Of a stretch of 64,000 nt of DNA, positions 1 through 10,287 are shown one piece after another. The stretch is from Planctomycetota bacterium. Its GTDB lineage: Bacteria; Planctomycetota; UBA8108; SXIK01. The translations under genes were made by a program, and so were the position numbers. Below the pieces are notes generated by a model. It saw only the letters and a list, made by a program, of their open reading frames with translations. It searched no databases and had not been told where the DNA came from. The stretch's first letter is position 1. Every line of letters begins with the position of its first letter. The stretch is from NCBI GenBank assembly GCA_965223265.1, contig OZ244999.1, positions 4,864,001 to 4,928,000 of the forward strand, given 5' to 3'.

Positions 1-1468
1 TCTCGGCGTACTTGACGAAGTCAGGGTTCGTGAAGTCGATGTGGCTCGGGCGATTGAAGTGACGCATCTGGTGCCAGCGGATGAGACCATACTCACTGTC
101 AGTCCAAATGAGAACGACGATCGGCGTGCCGATGCGCAGCGCCGTCTCGATCTCTTGCGAGTTCATCATGAAGCCGGCGTCACCCGTGACGGTGAGTGCG
201 GTGCGGTCCGGGTACGTCAGCTTGGCGGCAATGGCACCGGGCACGCCGATTCCCATGGAGGCGAAACCGTTGGAGATGATGCAGGTATTCGGTGCTTCGG
301 CTTGGTACATGCGCGCCATCCACATCTTGTGGGCACCGACATCGCTGATGACGATGTCTTCGGCGTTCAGCACCTCGCGTAGATCCCAGATGATCTTCTG
401 CGGCTTGAGCGGGAAGGCCGTACTCTCCTTGTGCTCCGTTAACTGCTCAGCGATCGCACGACGTATTCCCTCAGCGAGAAACTTCTCGCGCGGCGTTGCG
501 ACAGCCGCGATCTGGTTGAGCGCCTCCGTGATGCAGCCGACGACTCCGACCTCCAAAATGTAGTGTTCATCGACCTCTGCCGGCTGCGAGTCGACATGGA
601 TGATCTTGCGGTTTTTCTCTTTGTGCCACAGGTACGGGTGGTACTCGACCATGTCGTAGCCGACGCAAATAATAACGTCGGCTCGGTCGAACCCACAGGC
701 AACGTAGTCGTGCGCCTGCAGACCCACGGTACCGAGGCTGTGCGAGTGCGTCGACGGCAGCGCCCCCTTGGCCATGAACGTCGTCGCTACCGGAATGTTG
801 AGTCGCTCAGCGAACGCCGCCAGTGCGGCTGTCGCGCCGTGACGTACAACTCCGTTTCCCGCCATGACGATCGGATAGCGAGCCGTAGAGATCACGTCGG
901 CGGCTTGCTGCACCTTGTCGGCAGGTGGCGCTGGCGTGCGAGCGGTCTGCACCTTCAGCGGTGTCTTGTCGACGTCCATTTTAGCGACGTTTTCCGGCAG
1001 CTCGATGAAGCTCGCGCCGGGCTTTTCGAGCTCGGCTTGCTTGAAGGCTTTGCGGATCACTTCTGGGATGATGTCCGCTTCAATGGCCGATGCGCTGTAC
1101 TTGGTAATCGTCTGAAAGAGCTGCGTCAGATCGTAGTACTGATGGCTCTCCTTATGCATGCGCGTCGTCGCAGCCTGGCCGGCGATAGCGACGACGGGAG
1201 CGCGATCCATGTTCGCATCCGAAACTCCGGTGACAAGGTTCGTCGCACCCGGCCCGAGCGTCGCGAGACAGACGCCAGCGCGACCTGTGAGCCGACCGTA
1301 CACGTCCGCCATGAACGCCGCCCCCTGTTCATGGCGGGTGGTGATAAAACGGATGTCGCTGTCGAGGAGAGCATCCATCATGTCGATATTCTCTTCCCCC
1401 GGGATACCGAAGATCGCCTTGACGCCTTCGTTCTCGAGGCAACGCACGAAAAGTTCAGCTGCTTTCAT
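1..1468 (-). CDS. Acetolactate synthase large subunit (IlvB/AlsS-like ThDP enzyme), 3' end runs off the window
   Basis: Absent from the ORF track because there is no stop in the window. Manual translation from ATG 1468 (GGAGG RBS) gives MKAAELFVRCLENEGVKAIFGIPGEENID...TTRHEQGAAFMADVYGRLTG...TLGPGATN, the classic ALS N-terminal motifs. Confidence 0.92.
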   Translation of the reverse strand, partial: MKAAELFVRCLENEGVKAIFGIPGEENIDMMDALLDSDIRFITTRHEQGAAFMADVYGRLTGRAGVCLATLGPGATNLVTGVSDANMDRAPVVAIAGQAATTRMHKESHQYYDLTQLFQTITKYSASAIEADIIPEVIRKAFKQAELEKPGASFIELPENVAKMDVDKTPLKVQTARTPAPPADKVQQAADVISTARYPIVMAGNGVVRHGATAALAAFAERLNIPVATTFMAKGALPSTHSHSLGTVGLQAHDYVACGFDRADVIICVGYDMVEYHPYLWHKEKNRKIIHVDSQPAEVDEHYILEVGVVGCITEALNQIAAVATPREKFLAEGIRRAIAEQLTEHKESTAFPLKPQKIIWDLREVLNAEDIVISDVGAHKMWMARMYQAEAPNTCIISNGFASMGIGVPGAIAAKLTYPDRTALTVTGDAGFMMNSQEIETALRIGTPIVVLIWTDSEYGLIRWHQMRHFNRPSHIDFTNPDFVKYAE

Positions 1469-1509
1469 AGAATCCTCCAGCGCCAAATCTTTGGCGCGAT
1501 CACGCTTCG

Positions 1510-2874
<1,365 letters not shown>

Positions 2875-2958
2875 CTATCACTGGTCGTCGTTTGCGTACA
2901 TAAGCTCAGCTCCGCATGACTCCGCAGGCTGCGACTGCGACGAAACACCGCTAGCACT

Positions 2959-4476
2959 TCACCTCGTCCAGCGCAGCCACTTGCCCATGAGAGATTTCAC
3001 CGTCGGGGTGAGCCGCGTGCGGTTGTATTGATCCCCGACCTTGCGGATCGCCTCCGCCTGCGTCGGGTAAGGGTGAATCGTTGACGCGATCTTTTTCAGC
3101 CCGAGCCCGTGGGTCATCGCCAGTGTGATCTCCGAGATCATGTCGCCGGCGTTGTGGGCCACGATCGTCGCACCGACGATTTGGTCGGTTCCCTTCTTGA
3201 CGTGCACGCGCACCATGCCTTCATCCGCACCTTCGAGAATGGCGCGATCGACGTCGGCGAACTCCTGCGTGAACGTGTCGACTTCGATGCCCTCTTTTTC
3301 AGCTTCACTCTCGTAGAGCCCGACGTGGGCGATCTCAGGCGTTGTGTAGGTACACCATGGAATGGTGAGCGCACTCGCCTTGGCACGTCCCATGAAGAGT
3401 GCGTTTTGGATCACGATCCGCGCCATAAAGTCCGCACTGTGAGTGAACTGATAGCGCGAGCACACGTCGCCGGCCGCGAAGATGCGTGAATTCGAGGTTC
3501 GCAGTTGGTCGTCCACCTGCACTCCCTGCTTCGTGTACTCCACGCCCACCGCCTCGAGGTTAAGGCTCTCGACGTTGGGGGCACGCCCGACGGCGACAAG
3601 AAGCTGATCCACCGGCTGGTCGTAGGCCTCGCCGTGCGACTCCAGCGTCATGCGGATCGCACCGTCGCCCTTCTTGAGCTCAGTGTTGCGCCCACAGCAA
3701 AGGAGCTTGACGCCATCGCTCAGCATCTGCTTCTCGACGATTTCAGCGGCGGTCGGATCCTCGCGCGGCAGGATGCCATGTGTCGCCTCAACGAGATAGA
3801 CCTCAGAGCCGAGGTTGGCGAACGTTTGCGCCATCTCACAGCCGATCGGGCCGGCGCCGATGATCCCAAAACGGCGCGGCCGCTCCGTGAGCGAGAAGAC
3901 CGTCTCGTTCGTCAGGTACTCGACGTCATCGAGTCCAGCGATCGGCGGCGCAGCCGCGCGCGCACCGGTCGCGATCACCGCACGCTTGAACTTGAGTTCC
4001 GTCCCGTCCACATCGATCGTCTCCGCATCGACGAATCGACCGGAGCCAATGTAAACGTCAACACCGAGGTCACGAAAACGGGCCGCCGAATCGTTCGGGC
4101 TGATGCGCGCGCGTAGTTTTCTCATCCGCGCCATGACAGCCGCAAAGTCCACTTCGGTGCCACTTGGCACGTTGATCCCGAACTCTCCGGCGTAGCGAAC
4201 GGCGGCGGCAGAACGCGCAGCGCTGATCACACCCTTCGACGGCACGCAGCCGACGTTGAGACAGTCACCACCGAGGAGCTCGCGCTCAATCAGCGCCACC
4301 CTGGCGCCGAGGCCGGCCGCGCCCGCCGCCGACACCAACCCGGCGGTGCCGCCGCCAATCACGACAAGGTTGTAACGCCCGCTGGGTTTTGGGTTCTGCC
4401 AATCTGGGGGGTGGACGTGACGCTCCAGCTCCAGGTTGTGCTCATCCCTTGGTTCGAGTTGGACAAATTCCGTCAT
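2959..4476 (-). CDS. Class I pyridine nucleotide-disulfide oxidoreductase (mercuric-reductase-like / LpdA family)
   Basis: GGGTAG FAD motif, GGDCLNVGCVPSK redox disulfide, GAGPIG, C-terminal HPYPTQAE; start ATG 4476 after GGAGG. Confidence 0.9.
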   Translation of the reverse strand: MTEFVQLEPRDEHNLELERHVHPPDWQNPKPSGRYNLVVIGGGTAGLVSAAGAAGLGARVALIERELLGGDCLNVGCVPSKGVISAARSAAAVRYAGEFGINVPSGTEVDFAAVMARMRKLRARISPNDSAARFRDLGVDVYIGSGRFVDAETIDVDGTELKFKRAVIATGARAAAPPIAGLDDVEYLTNETVFSLTERPRRFGIIGAGPIGCEMAQTFANLGSEVYLVEATHGILPREDPTAAEIVEKQMLSDGVKLLCCGRNTELKKGDGAIRMTLESHGEAYDQPVDQLLVAVGRAPNVESLNLEAVGVEYTKQGVQVDDQLRTSNSRIFAAGDVCSRYQFTHSADFMARIVIQNALFMGRAKASALTIPWCTYTTPEIAHVGLYESEAEKEGIEVDTFTQEFADVDRAILEGADEGMVRVHVKKGTDQIVGATIVAHNAGDMISEITLAMTHGLGLKKIASTIHPYPTQAEAIRKVGDQYNRTRLTPTVKSLMGKWLRWTR

Positions 4477-4570
4477 GTATAGTCCTCCAGAGTTACGCCG
4501 CACGAGAGCCTCACTCAAGGTGAGTCGCCGCCCTCACGCGCCGCGTTGATCGTCAAACGCAAGAGATGCG

Positions 4571-5380
4571 TCAGCTACGCTCCGGTTGATCCGCTGCGGA
4601 GTCGCTAGCAGCTTCTGGCACGCTTGGTGCTGAAGTCGACGCGCCCTCACCTACGGTCGCCGGACGAAAACGCGCAAAGAGTTTCTTCACGACGAAGGGA
4701 AAAATCCCCAGGATCACGAATGCGATGATCACGTTCGGCGTCAGGATCCCAGACAAGCCCTTTTCCTGAAGCGTGGCAAGGTCGGGAAAATTCGCGCCAG
4801 CAAAAACGAACACGCAAGTCCCCGCGAGCATGCCGACTTGACTCACCCACCAAAACGTCCGCGTCGGGATCGGCGTCAAACCCATGACGACGTTGATCAC
4901 AAAGAATGGCACGGCGGGAATCAAGCGCAGAGTGAAGAGATAGAACGAGCCCTCGCGCTCAAGCGCGCGATTGAACGTCGCCAAGCGGTCGCCGAAACGC
5001 TGCTGGATCCAGTCGCGAAACAGATAGCGGCTGAGGAGAAAAGCGATGGTCGCGCCGGCCGTCGACGCAAAGCTGACCAAAATCACCCCGGGCACAAAGC
5101 CCAAAAACCAGCCGTAGAGTAGCGTCAGCGGTGCAGCACCTGGTAAGGACAACCCCGTCACGACCACGTAGAGCAGAAAAGCTCCGCCGTAGACAAGCAC
5201 CGGATGGGTCTCCTTGTAGCCGCTCACTGAGTCGAACGAAGCGGCCAAAGCGTCAAGCGTAAGCTTGTCGCGAAACAGTAGATAACCGCCGATGATCACA
5301 ACCGCAACGACTGCGAGAACAATCAACTTCAGTCGCGACTTCGGTTGCGCGCTCGTCGGCGACGAGTGTTCGCTTTCCAT
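4571..5380 (-). CDS. TVP38/TMEM64 (DedA/SNARE-associated) membrane protein
   Basis: Multiple TM segments, LSLPGA and LRLIPAVPFFVIN motifs; typical neighbour of the downstream reductase. Confidence 0.9.
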   Translation of the reverse strand: MESEHSSPTSAQPKSRLKLIVLAVVAVVIIGGYLLFRDKLTLDALAASFDSVSGYKETHPVLVYGGAFLLYVVVTGLSLPGAAPLTLLYGWFLGFVPGVILVSFASTAGATIAFLLSRYLFRDWIQQRFGDRLATFNRALEREGSFYLFTLRLIPAVPFFVINVVMGLTPIPTRTFWWVSQVGMLAGTCVFVFAGANFPDLATLQEKGLSGILTPNVIIAFVILGIFPFVVKKLFARFRPATVGEGASTSAPSVPEAASDSAADQPERS

Positions 5381-5438
5381 GATGACACACCTCGATCCAG
5401 GGTTGGTCTTAGACTCAGAGACTGCCCTCGCAGCACGC

Positions 5439-6248
5439 CTACGGCTTGAGTTTGCTCTTAAACTGCAGCCGGAATTTCTCCAGCTTCGGTCGAATCACCG
5501 CTCGGCAGTAGGGCTGGTTGCCGTTGCGTGCGAAGAAGTCCTGATGCGACTCCTCAGCGCGGTAAAACTCGCTGAAGGCAGCGATCTGCGTCACGATCGG
5601 GTCGCCGAACTCGCCCGACGCGTCGAGCTTCGCTTTCACTTCCTCGGCGAGACGCTTTTGCTCCTCGTCATGATAGAGAATCACCGAGCGGTACTGCGTA
5701 CCAACGTCGGCACCCTGGCGGTTGAGAGTCGTTGGGTCGTGGCTATGCCAGAAAACGTCGAGCAGCTCACGATAGGAAATGACGCCAGGGTCATACGTCA
5801 CCTGGATCACTTCCGCGTGCCCTGTTTCACCACTCACAACGCTCTTGTACGTGGGATTGGGGACGGTGCCGCCGCTGTATCCACTCACCGCAGAGTGAAC
5901 GCCGCGAAGCTCGCTGAAAACCGCTTCGGTACACCAAAAGCACCCGGAGCCGAACGTCGCGGTGGCAAGTTCGGTGGCAGCAGTATCCGTCGATGCGGCT
6001 GCCGTCTCAGCCACCGCCGGGTCGCGGGGCGATGCCGTACGCGCCGTATTCTTGACGCTCGTCGACGCGGTACTGAAAGTCGACGACGCGGAGCCTTCGA
6101 CAGTCCCTGTCTTGGTCTGTTGGTCCTGCGTCCTGCGACATGCCGCGCCAGAGAGAATGAACGTCGCCGCGACAACCACAGCGACGTCAAGAGTCACAAA
6201 TCGGTTACAGAGTGCCCCCCGCCTTGTTTTTAGTCGATCCATCTGCAT
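5439..6248 (-). CDS. msrA: Peptide-methionine (S)-S-oxide reductase with an N-terminal signal/lipoprotein-like extension
   Basis: GCFWCTE, GHAEVIQV, RQGADVGTQYRS, AEESHQ and PYC motifs; N-terminal hydrophobic stretch ending LSGAAC. Start codon uncertain. Confidence 0.93.
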   Translation of the reverse strand: MQMDRLKTRRGALCNRFVTLDVAVVVAATFILSGAACRRTQDQQTKTGTVEGSASSTFSTASTSVKNTARTASPRDPAVAETAAASTDTAATELATATFGSGCFWCTEAVFSELRGVHSAVSGYSGGTVPNPTYKSVVSGETGHAEVIQVTYDPGVISYRELLDVFWHSHDPTTLNRQGADVGTQYRSVILYHDEEQKRLAEEVKAKLDASGEFGDPIVTQIAAFSEFYRAEESHQDFFARNGNQPYCRAVIRPKLEKFRLQFKSKLKP

Positions 6249-6563
6249 GTCCTGTTGTCTCCGACTTTTTCAAGCACCCCCGTGCTGCATCCCTAACGGC
6301 TCGCCGCCAGCGCCAGTTCCATGAAATTGATGCAACCGGAGCTGGCCCGCTGCTGCTCAGGGAATGTCAACTCGAGCGAACCACCGATCCTTCACGGACA
6401 GTGCCAGGTTATGGGCGCCAGCGCAAGAGCGCCGGCACGAGTTCTGCAGCTGAGGTGGTCGTCCCACGCGCCGCCGGCTCGCGCCAGCCCGTCTCGTCGA
6501 TTCGTATCCACGGGCGCGCTCGAGTCGGAAAGCTTCGCGCCCACGCCTCGACGGATACCCCGG

Positions 6564-7123
6564 CTACGCCAAAAGGTCGACGACGCGGATTGTGGTCAAT
6601 CGCAGCTGCGTAGGTGCAATCGCTGCCTCACCAACCACACGCGTCACGTCGACGTAACCGCGACCCGCGGGACCTGTGAAGATCTCGATACCATCGTGGA
6701 CCAGATCAACCAGCCAACCTCGGGAATCCTGATACGGCAGTAGGCCGGAATCTTGACCTCGCGGTCGTACTGCAGCGAGGTGTCGGCAACCTCGGCGACG
6801 AGAAGCACCTCCGCGGCGGTCGGCAGCTCTCGGGAGTAGTCATCTTCCTTTGGAGCCAAGGGCGTGCTGTCAGGCTGCGGCTGCGACTCGCTCGTCAGAT
6901 TGACGGGATTCTGAACGCTCAGCAGCGCGCGGTCCGCAAGCTGGCCCGAGAGCCAGCGAGTGACGCGGTTGACACAGGCGACGTGTCGCGGGCTGATCGG
7001 AGTCATCTGCACAACTTGCCCATCCCACAACTCGACTCGATCGACGTCCGAGAGAATCCCCGACTCGGCCATGCGCTGAAAGTCAGCGACCGAGAACCGA
7101 TGCTTCAACAGCGGGTCGGCCAT
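6564..7123 (-). pseudogene. Uma2/DUF820 family endonuclease, frameshifted
   Basis: HRFSVADFQRM...DRVELWDG...PQPD...EVADTSLQYDREVKIPAY. At ~6716 the sequence GAG GTT GG CTG lacks one base; the shifted frame continues (W)LVDLVHDGIEIFTGP...VVDLLA-stop at 6564, restoring the normal C-terminus. Confidence 0.8.
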
Positions 7124-7266
7124 AGAGAGCTCCACGGATCGACGCACAAGACGAGCCACTCGAAACGTGCGAGACGCACGCCCCGAGTTTAGATTCTAAC
7201 GCTGCCATCTCGCCCCAGCCGCAGGAACTGTCGCTCGCGAGCTCCTCTTTGCGTTGAGGCACTGTC

Positions 7267-7704
7267 TCACACCGCCGTGCTCGCAGACGGTTTCTCGTGT
7301 TCAAGCAGCCCGCCGATCCCAGTCAGCTCTTCAGACAGGAGTCGGAGAATGTCATCGAGTGTCACGACGCCGACAAGTGCTCCTTTGCGATCGACCACGG
7401 GCAAACGCCGAAACGCGCCGCTTCGCATGAGGGAGATGGCGTCCTCCAGCGGTGTTTCCTCCTGAATCGTCGTTAGGGGTTGGCTCATGACTTCTCGGAT
7501 TGGTGTCGCCCCGGGATCGCGACCCGTGGCGATGACGCGCAGCACCAGGTCTCTATCGGTAATGAGACCGACCGGCTCCTTCTTGGTGTTGAGTATGACC
7601 AAACTCCCGACGCGCCGCTGATGCATACGCTCAGCAGCGGCACGGACTTTCTCGTCCGCGTCAGCAAGATCGACTTCTCTTTGGCATATCCTTCCGATGG
7701 TCAC
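7267..7704 (-). CDS. CBS domain pair protein
   Basis: VGSLVI...VGLITDRDL and RRLPVVD...LVGVVTLDD; 145 aa. Confidence 0.93.
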   Translation of the reverse strand: MTIGRICQREVDLADADEKVRAAAERMHQRRVGSLVILNTKKEPVGLITDRDLVLRVIATGRDPGATPIREVMSQPLTTIQEETPLEDAISLMRSGAFRRLPVVDRKGALVGVVTLDDILRLLSEELTGIGGLLEHEKPSASTAV

Positions 7705-7740
7705 CGCTCGCTCCTTTTTTTTCGTTGCGTTAGCGTTGAG

Positions 7741-8952
7741 TTAATACACCCCATAACGTCCTCGCATCAGCTCCAAACAAAAGTTCGCCATGTCGCTGAA
7801 CTGAGATTCGATGATGGCGACGATCGAACTATGGACGTCCGCAAGTGTCGCGCCCGGCTGCAATCGGACTTCCGCGGCAGCCACCACGGGGCAGGTCACG
7901 GGTCTCCCGATCTCACTCGAAAGCCACACCGTCGCCGCCTCTACCTCTTCGAGGCTCTCATACAGTCGTTCCGCGAGTACGTGAGCAAGAACGCTGTAGA
8001 TCTTGCCGACGTGACTGACCGGATTCTTGCCGGCCGCCGCTTCGGATTGTCCCGGACGATTGAGCGCGATCACCCCGTTGACTTGATTGCCACGTCCAAC
8101 CTGGCCGGAATCCGCATCCTCCGCTGAGGTGCCGAGAACGCTCAAGTAGAGCCCCCTGAGGCCAGCTCCCTTCGCGTCCAAGACGTTGAGCCGGACGGTC
8201 AGCTCATGAATCGACTCGGTACGCTCGCCGACGTACCTCAAAATGGCCTGTTCAACAGTAGTCTTCTTTTCGAAGTAGTCGTCGACGCTGCCGACGTAGC
8301 GATCAAGAAGCGGCATCGCGACCGTCAGTTGGAGATGGCGCTGCCGTCGAACTCCCATCACCTTGACGTCTTCACCGGTCTCCGGGAATCGCGTTTTGAA
8401 CTCGCTCGAGTTCACGTACAGCTCAGTATCCAGAACGAGCTGTTCGGTTTCGCTCAGCGGTGCGTAGCCGACGGCAGCCGAGGTGTCATTGGCGCCGAGG
8501 GTCGCGGACGAAGCTCGGCGAAAAATTCCGGTCAGCTGTTCCGATCCCGGCTTGAGTTCGTTCTGATAGCGAATGTGCTTCTCCGGGTCGAAATCTCGCA
8601 GGCAGTACGAAAGGTAGCGGTCCGCCGCTTCGACCACCACCCCGTCGATGTCAATCCTTTGATCGTCAACGACGAACGTCGCGCGATCGCCGATGATGAG
8701 CCGCATCGGCTCAGTCACTCGACCGCCGCCAAAGCGCCGCTCAACTTCGCCTGCGACTAAAAGCGCTTTGTCACAGTTGTAGTGGGCCGGACCTCCAAGA
8801 CGTCTTTGATACTCGGCAGCAAGCGCGCAGGAAATCGCCTCCATGACGCCGTCGCAGATCGTATCGGGATGCCCCTTCCCTTTGCGCTCAACGATTTCGA
8901 CTGCGCCGCTCTCAACACTTGCTCCATGCGCCTCTTGAAGAACTACGTCCAT
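7741..8952 (-). CDS. mat: Archaeal-type S-adenosylmethionine synthetase (methionine adenosyltransferase)
   Basis: VEIVERKGKGHPDTICD, GANDTS, GEDVKVMG, DSGQVGRGN and AAAGKNPVSHVGKIY are signatures of the archaeal MAT family rather than bacterial MetK. Confidence 0.9.
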   Translation of the reverse strand: MDVVLQEAHGASVESGAVEIVERKGKGHPDTICDGVMEAISCALAAEYQRRLGGPAHYNCDKALLVAGEVERRFGGGRVTEPMRLIIGDRATFVVDDQRIDIDGVVVEAADRYLSYCLRDFDPEKHIRYQNELKPGSEQLTGIFRRASSATLGANDTSAAVGYAPLSETEQLVLDTELYVNSSEFKTRFPETGEDVKVMGVRRQRHLQLTVAMPLLDRYVGSVDDYFEKKTTVEQAILRYVGERTESIHELTVRLNVLDAKGAGLRGLYLSVLGTSAEDADSGQVGRGNQVNGVIALNRPGQSEAAAGKNPVSHVGKIYSVLAHVLAERLYESLEEVEAATVWLSSEIGRPVTCPVVAAAEVRLQPGATLADVHSSIVAIIESQFSDMANFCLELMRGRYGVY

Positions 8953-8978
8953 CGAAAACTCACATCCCCCACTCGCCT

Positions 8979-10148
8979 TCACTCGATGATCGGACAACCA
9001 TTGAACGCAGCAAGGCACTCGTCGGGATCTTGAAATAGATCGTCACAATCATCACCCTCACATGTGCATCCCGAGACGTCGCGACACCGAGTTCCATCCC
9101 AGGCATAACCGAAGGACTGGTCGCAAGGTCCTACACCGGTCGCGTCCATACCTGCTGCACAGCAGAGCTGAACGATTGTAGCGAACGAAGTCACATCCCC
9201 TGACACTGTCGAAACGGCGATATAGTGGTACGGCTGGGTTTCGACATCCGGCGTACCGCAATCGACAGAAGGCTCAACTTCCGTATAGAAGAGGTCAAGT
9301 CCGCCGGTACGAGCCGCGAGACTGTCGATCTTGACGTAATAGCCACCGGAGGTGAATTGACGGAGAACGGCGATCACCATCTCGCTCTCAAAGTCAACCG
9401 TGGGTCTCTCGGGGCGCGGCGTAAAGATGGAGCCGTGCGTCTCCCAAAAGAGCTCCCACGAGTCTTGATCGCGAATCACTGTCGTCTGCTCTGACGCACC
9501 GGAGAAGGTGCCGCGATCGAGCGTGCGGAAGGCGAGAGGCGCGCACGGGCCGTCATGGTCTTTCGGAACTCGTGCGAAGATGCGAAAACAGTCGTTCGCA
9601 TAGGTGACGCCGTCACAACCGCAAACCGGCGAGAAGATCTCGGGACAAGCGTCGGTGACCGGCACGCAAGTGCCGAGCGGGTCCGTCTGACCACCGCAGA
9701 GGCCGGCGAAGATGTCGCAAAATTGCTCAGAGGCGCAGGAAAACCCCCCAATGCCACCACACTGACATGGGGCGTAGCCGTCACAGCCGAGGTCGTCGGG
9801 CGTGGGGTCTCGGTCGCAGGTCTCGGTTCCCGGATGGGGGATTGGAGGCGCCTCGAGAAAGAGGGCGTTGAGCGTGAAGATCGGGTCGCTGATATCCGCC
9901 ACGCCGTCGTCGTTGCTGTCGGCGGCATCGAGGCAAGTCGGCTGCTCCCCACCTTCAAACAGCCAAGAAAGCGTGCTGATGGCGTCGCTGACGTCCACAT
10001 CTCCATCTGCATTCGCGTCGGCACGCCGAAAACTCAGCGGGTCAAAGCTCATGGGACCCGCCATCAGCGCCGTGGCAAGCGCCAGAAAGCAACACGACGT
10101 GGTCCACAGCACCAGCCGCATAGTGTATCGAACGGCAGTCGATTTCAT
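8979..10148 (-). CDS. Secreted protein: dockerin-like + Kazal + PrcB-C-like + Kunitz-like Cys-rich domain
   Basis: Signal peptide; FRRADANADGDVDVSDA...DAADSNDDGVADISDP; CPEIFSPVCGCDGVTYANDC; VDFESEMVIAV...SGGY...TQPYHYI; GPCDQSFGYAWDGTRC...GC...F...EC. Confidence 0.8.
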   Translation of the reverse strand: MKSTAVRYTMRLVLWTTSCCFLALATALMAGPMSFDPLSFRRADANADGDVDVSDAISTLSWLFEGGEQPTCLDAADSNDDGVADISDPIFTLNALFLEAPPIPHPGTETCDRDPTPDDLGCDGYAPCQCGGIGGFSCASEQFCDIFAGLCGGQTDPLGTCVPVTDACPEIFSPVCGCDGVTYANDCFRIFARVPKDHDGPCAPLAFRTLDRGTFSGASEQTTVIRDQDSWELFWETHGSIFTPRPERPTVDFESEMVIAVLRQFTSGGYYVKIDSLAARTGGLDLFYTEVEPSVDCGTPDVETQPYHYIAVSTVSGDVTSFATIVQLCCAAGMDATGVGPCDQSFGYAWDGTRCRDVSGCTCEGDDCDDLFQDPDECLAAFNGCPIIE

Positions 10149-10287
10149 GGGACACCTCCAGAAGCTCTCGTTTGAACCTAATGAGGAGCAAATACGGGGC
10201 CATCGCGCTCGCGAGCATCTTGAGGGTCGCCGCCATGTCCCGACACAGCCGCGTAGCTCGCCGCTGCCCCGGCGCTGGCGAGCGTGT

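Noticed and set aside
2959-4476. True mercuric reductase MerA
   Set aside because: No C-terminal Cys-Cys pair, no N-terminal metal-binding domain and no mer operon genes.
6249-6563. Short ORFs between msrA and Uma2
   Set aside because: No recognisable motifs, and the overlapping frames are Arg/Pro/Ala-rich, as expected for non-coding GC-rich DNA.
9802-10287. N-terminal 162 aa of the 1245-aa ORF
   Set aside because: Mostly overlaps the opposite-strand dockerin/Kazal gene; the signal-peptide-like segment begins after 10288.
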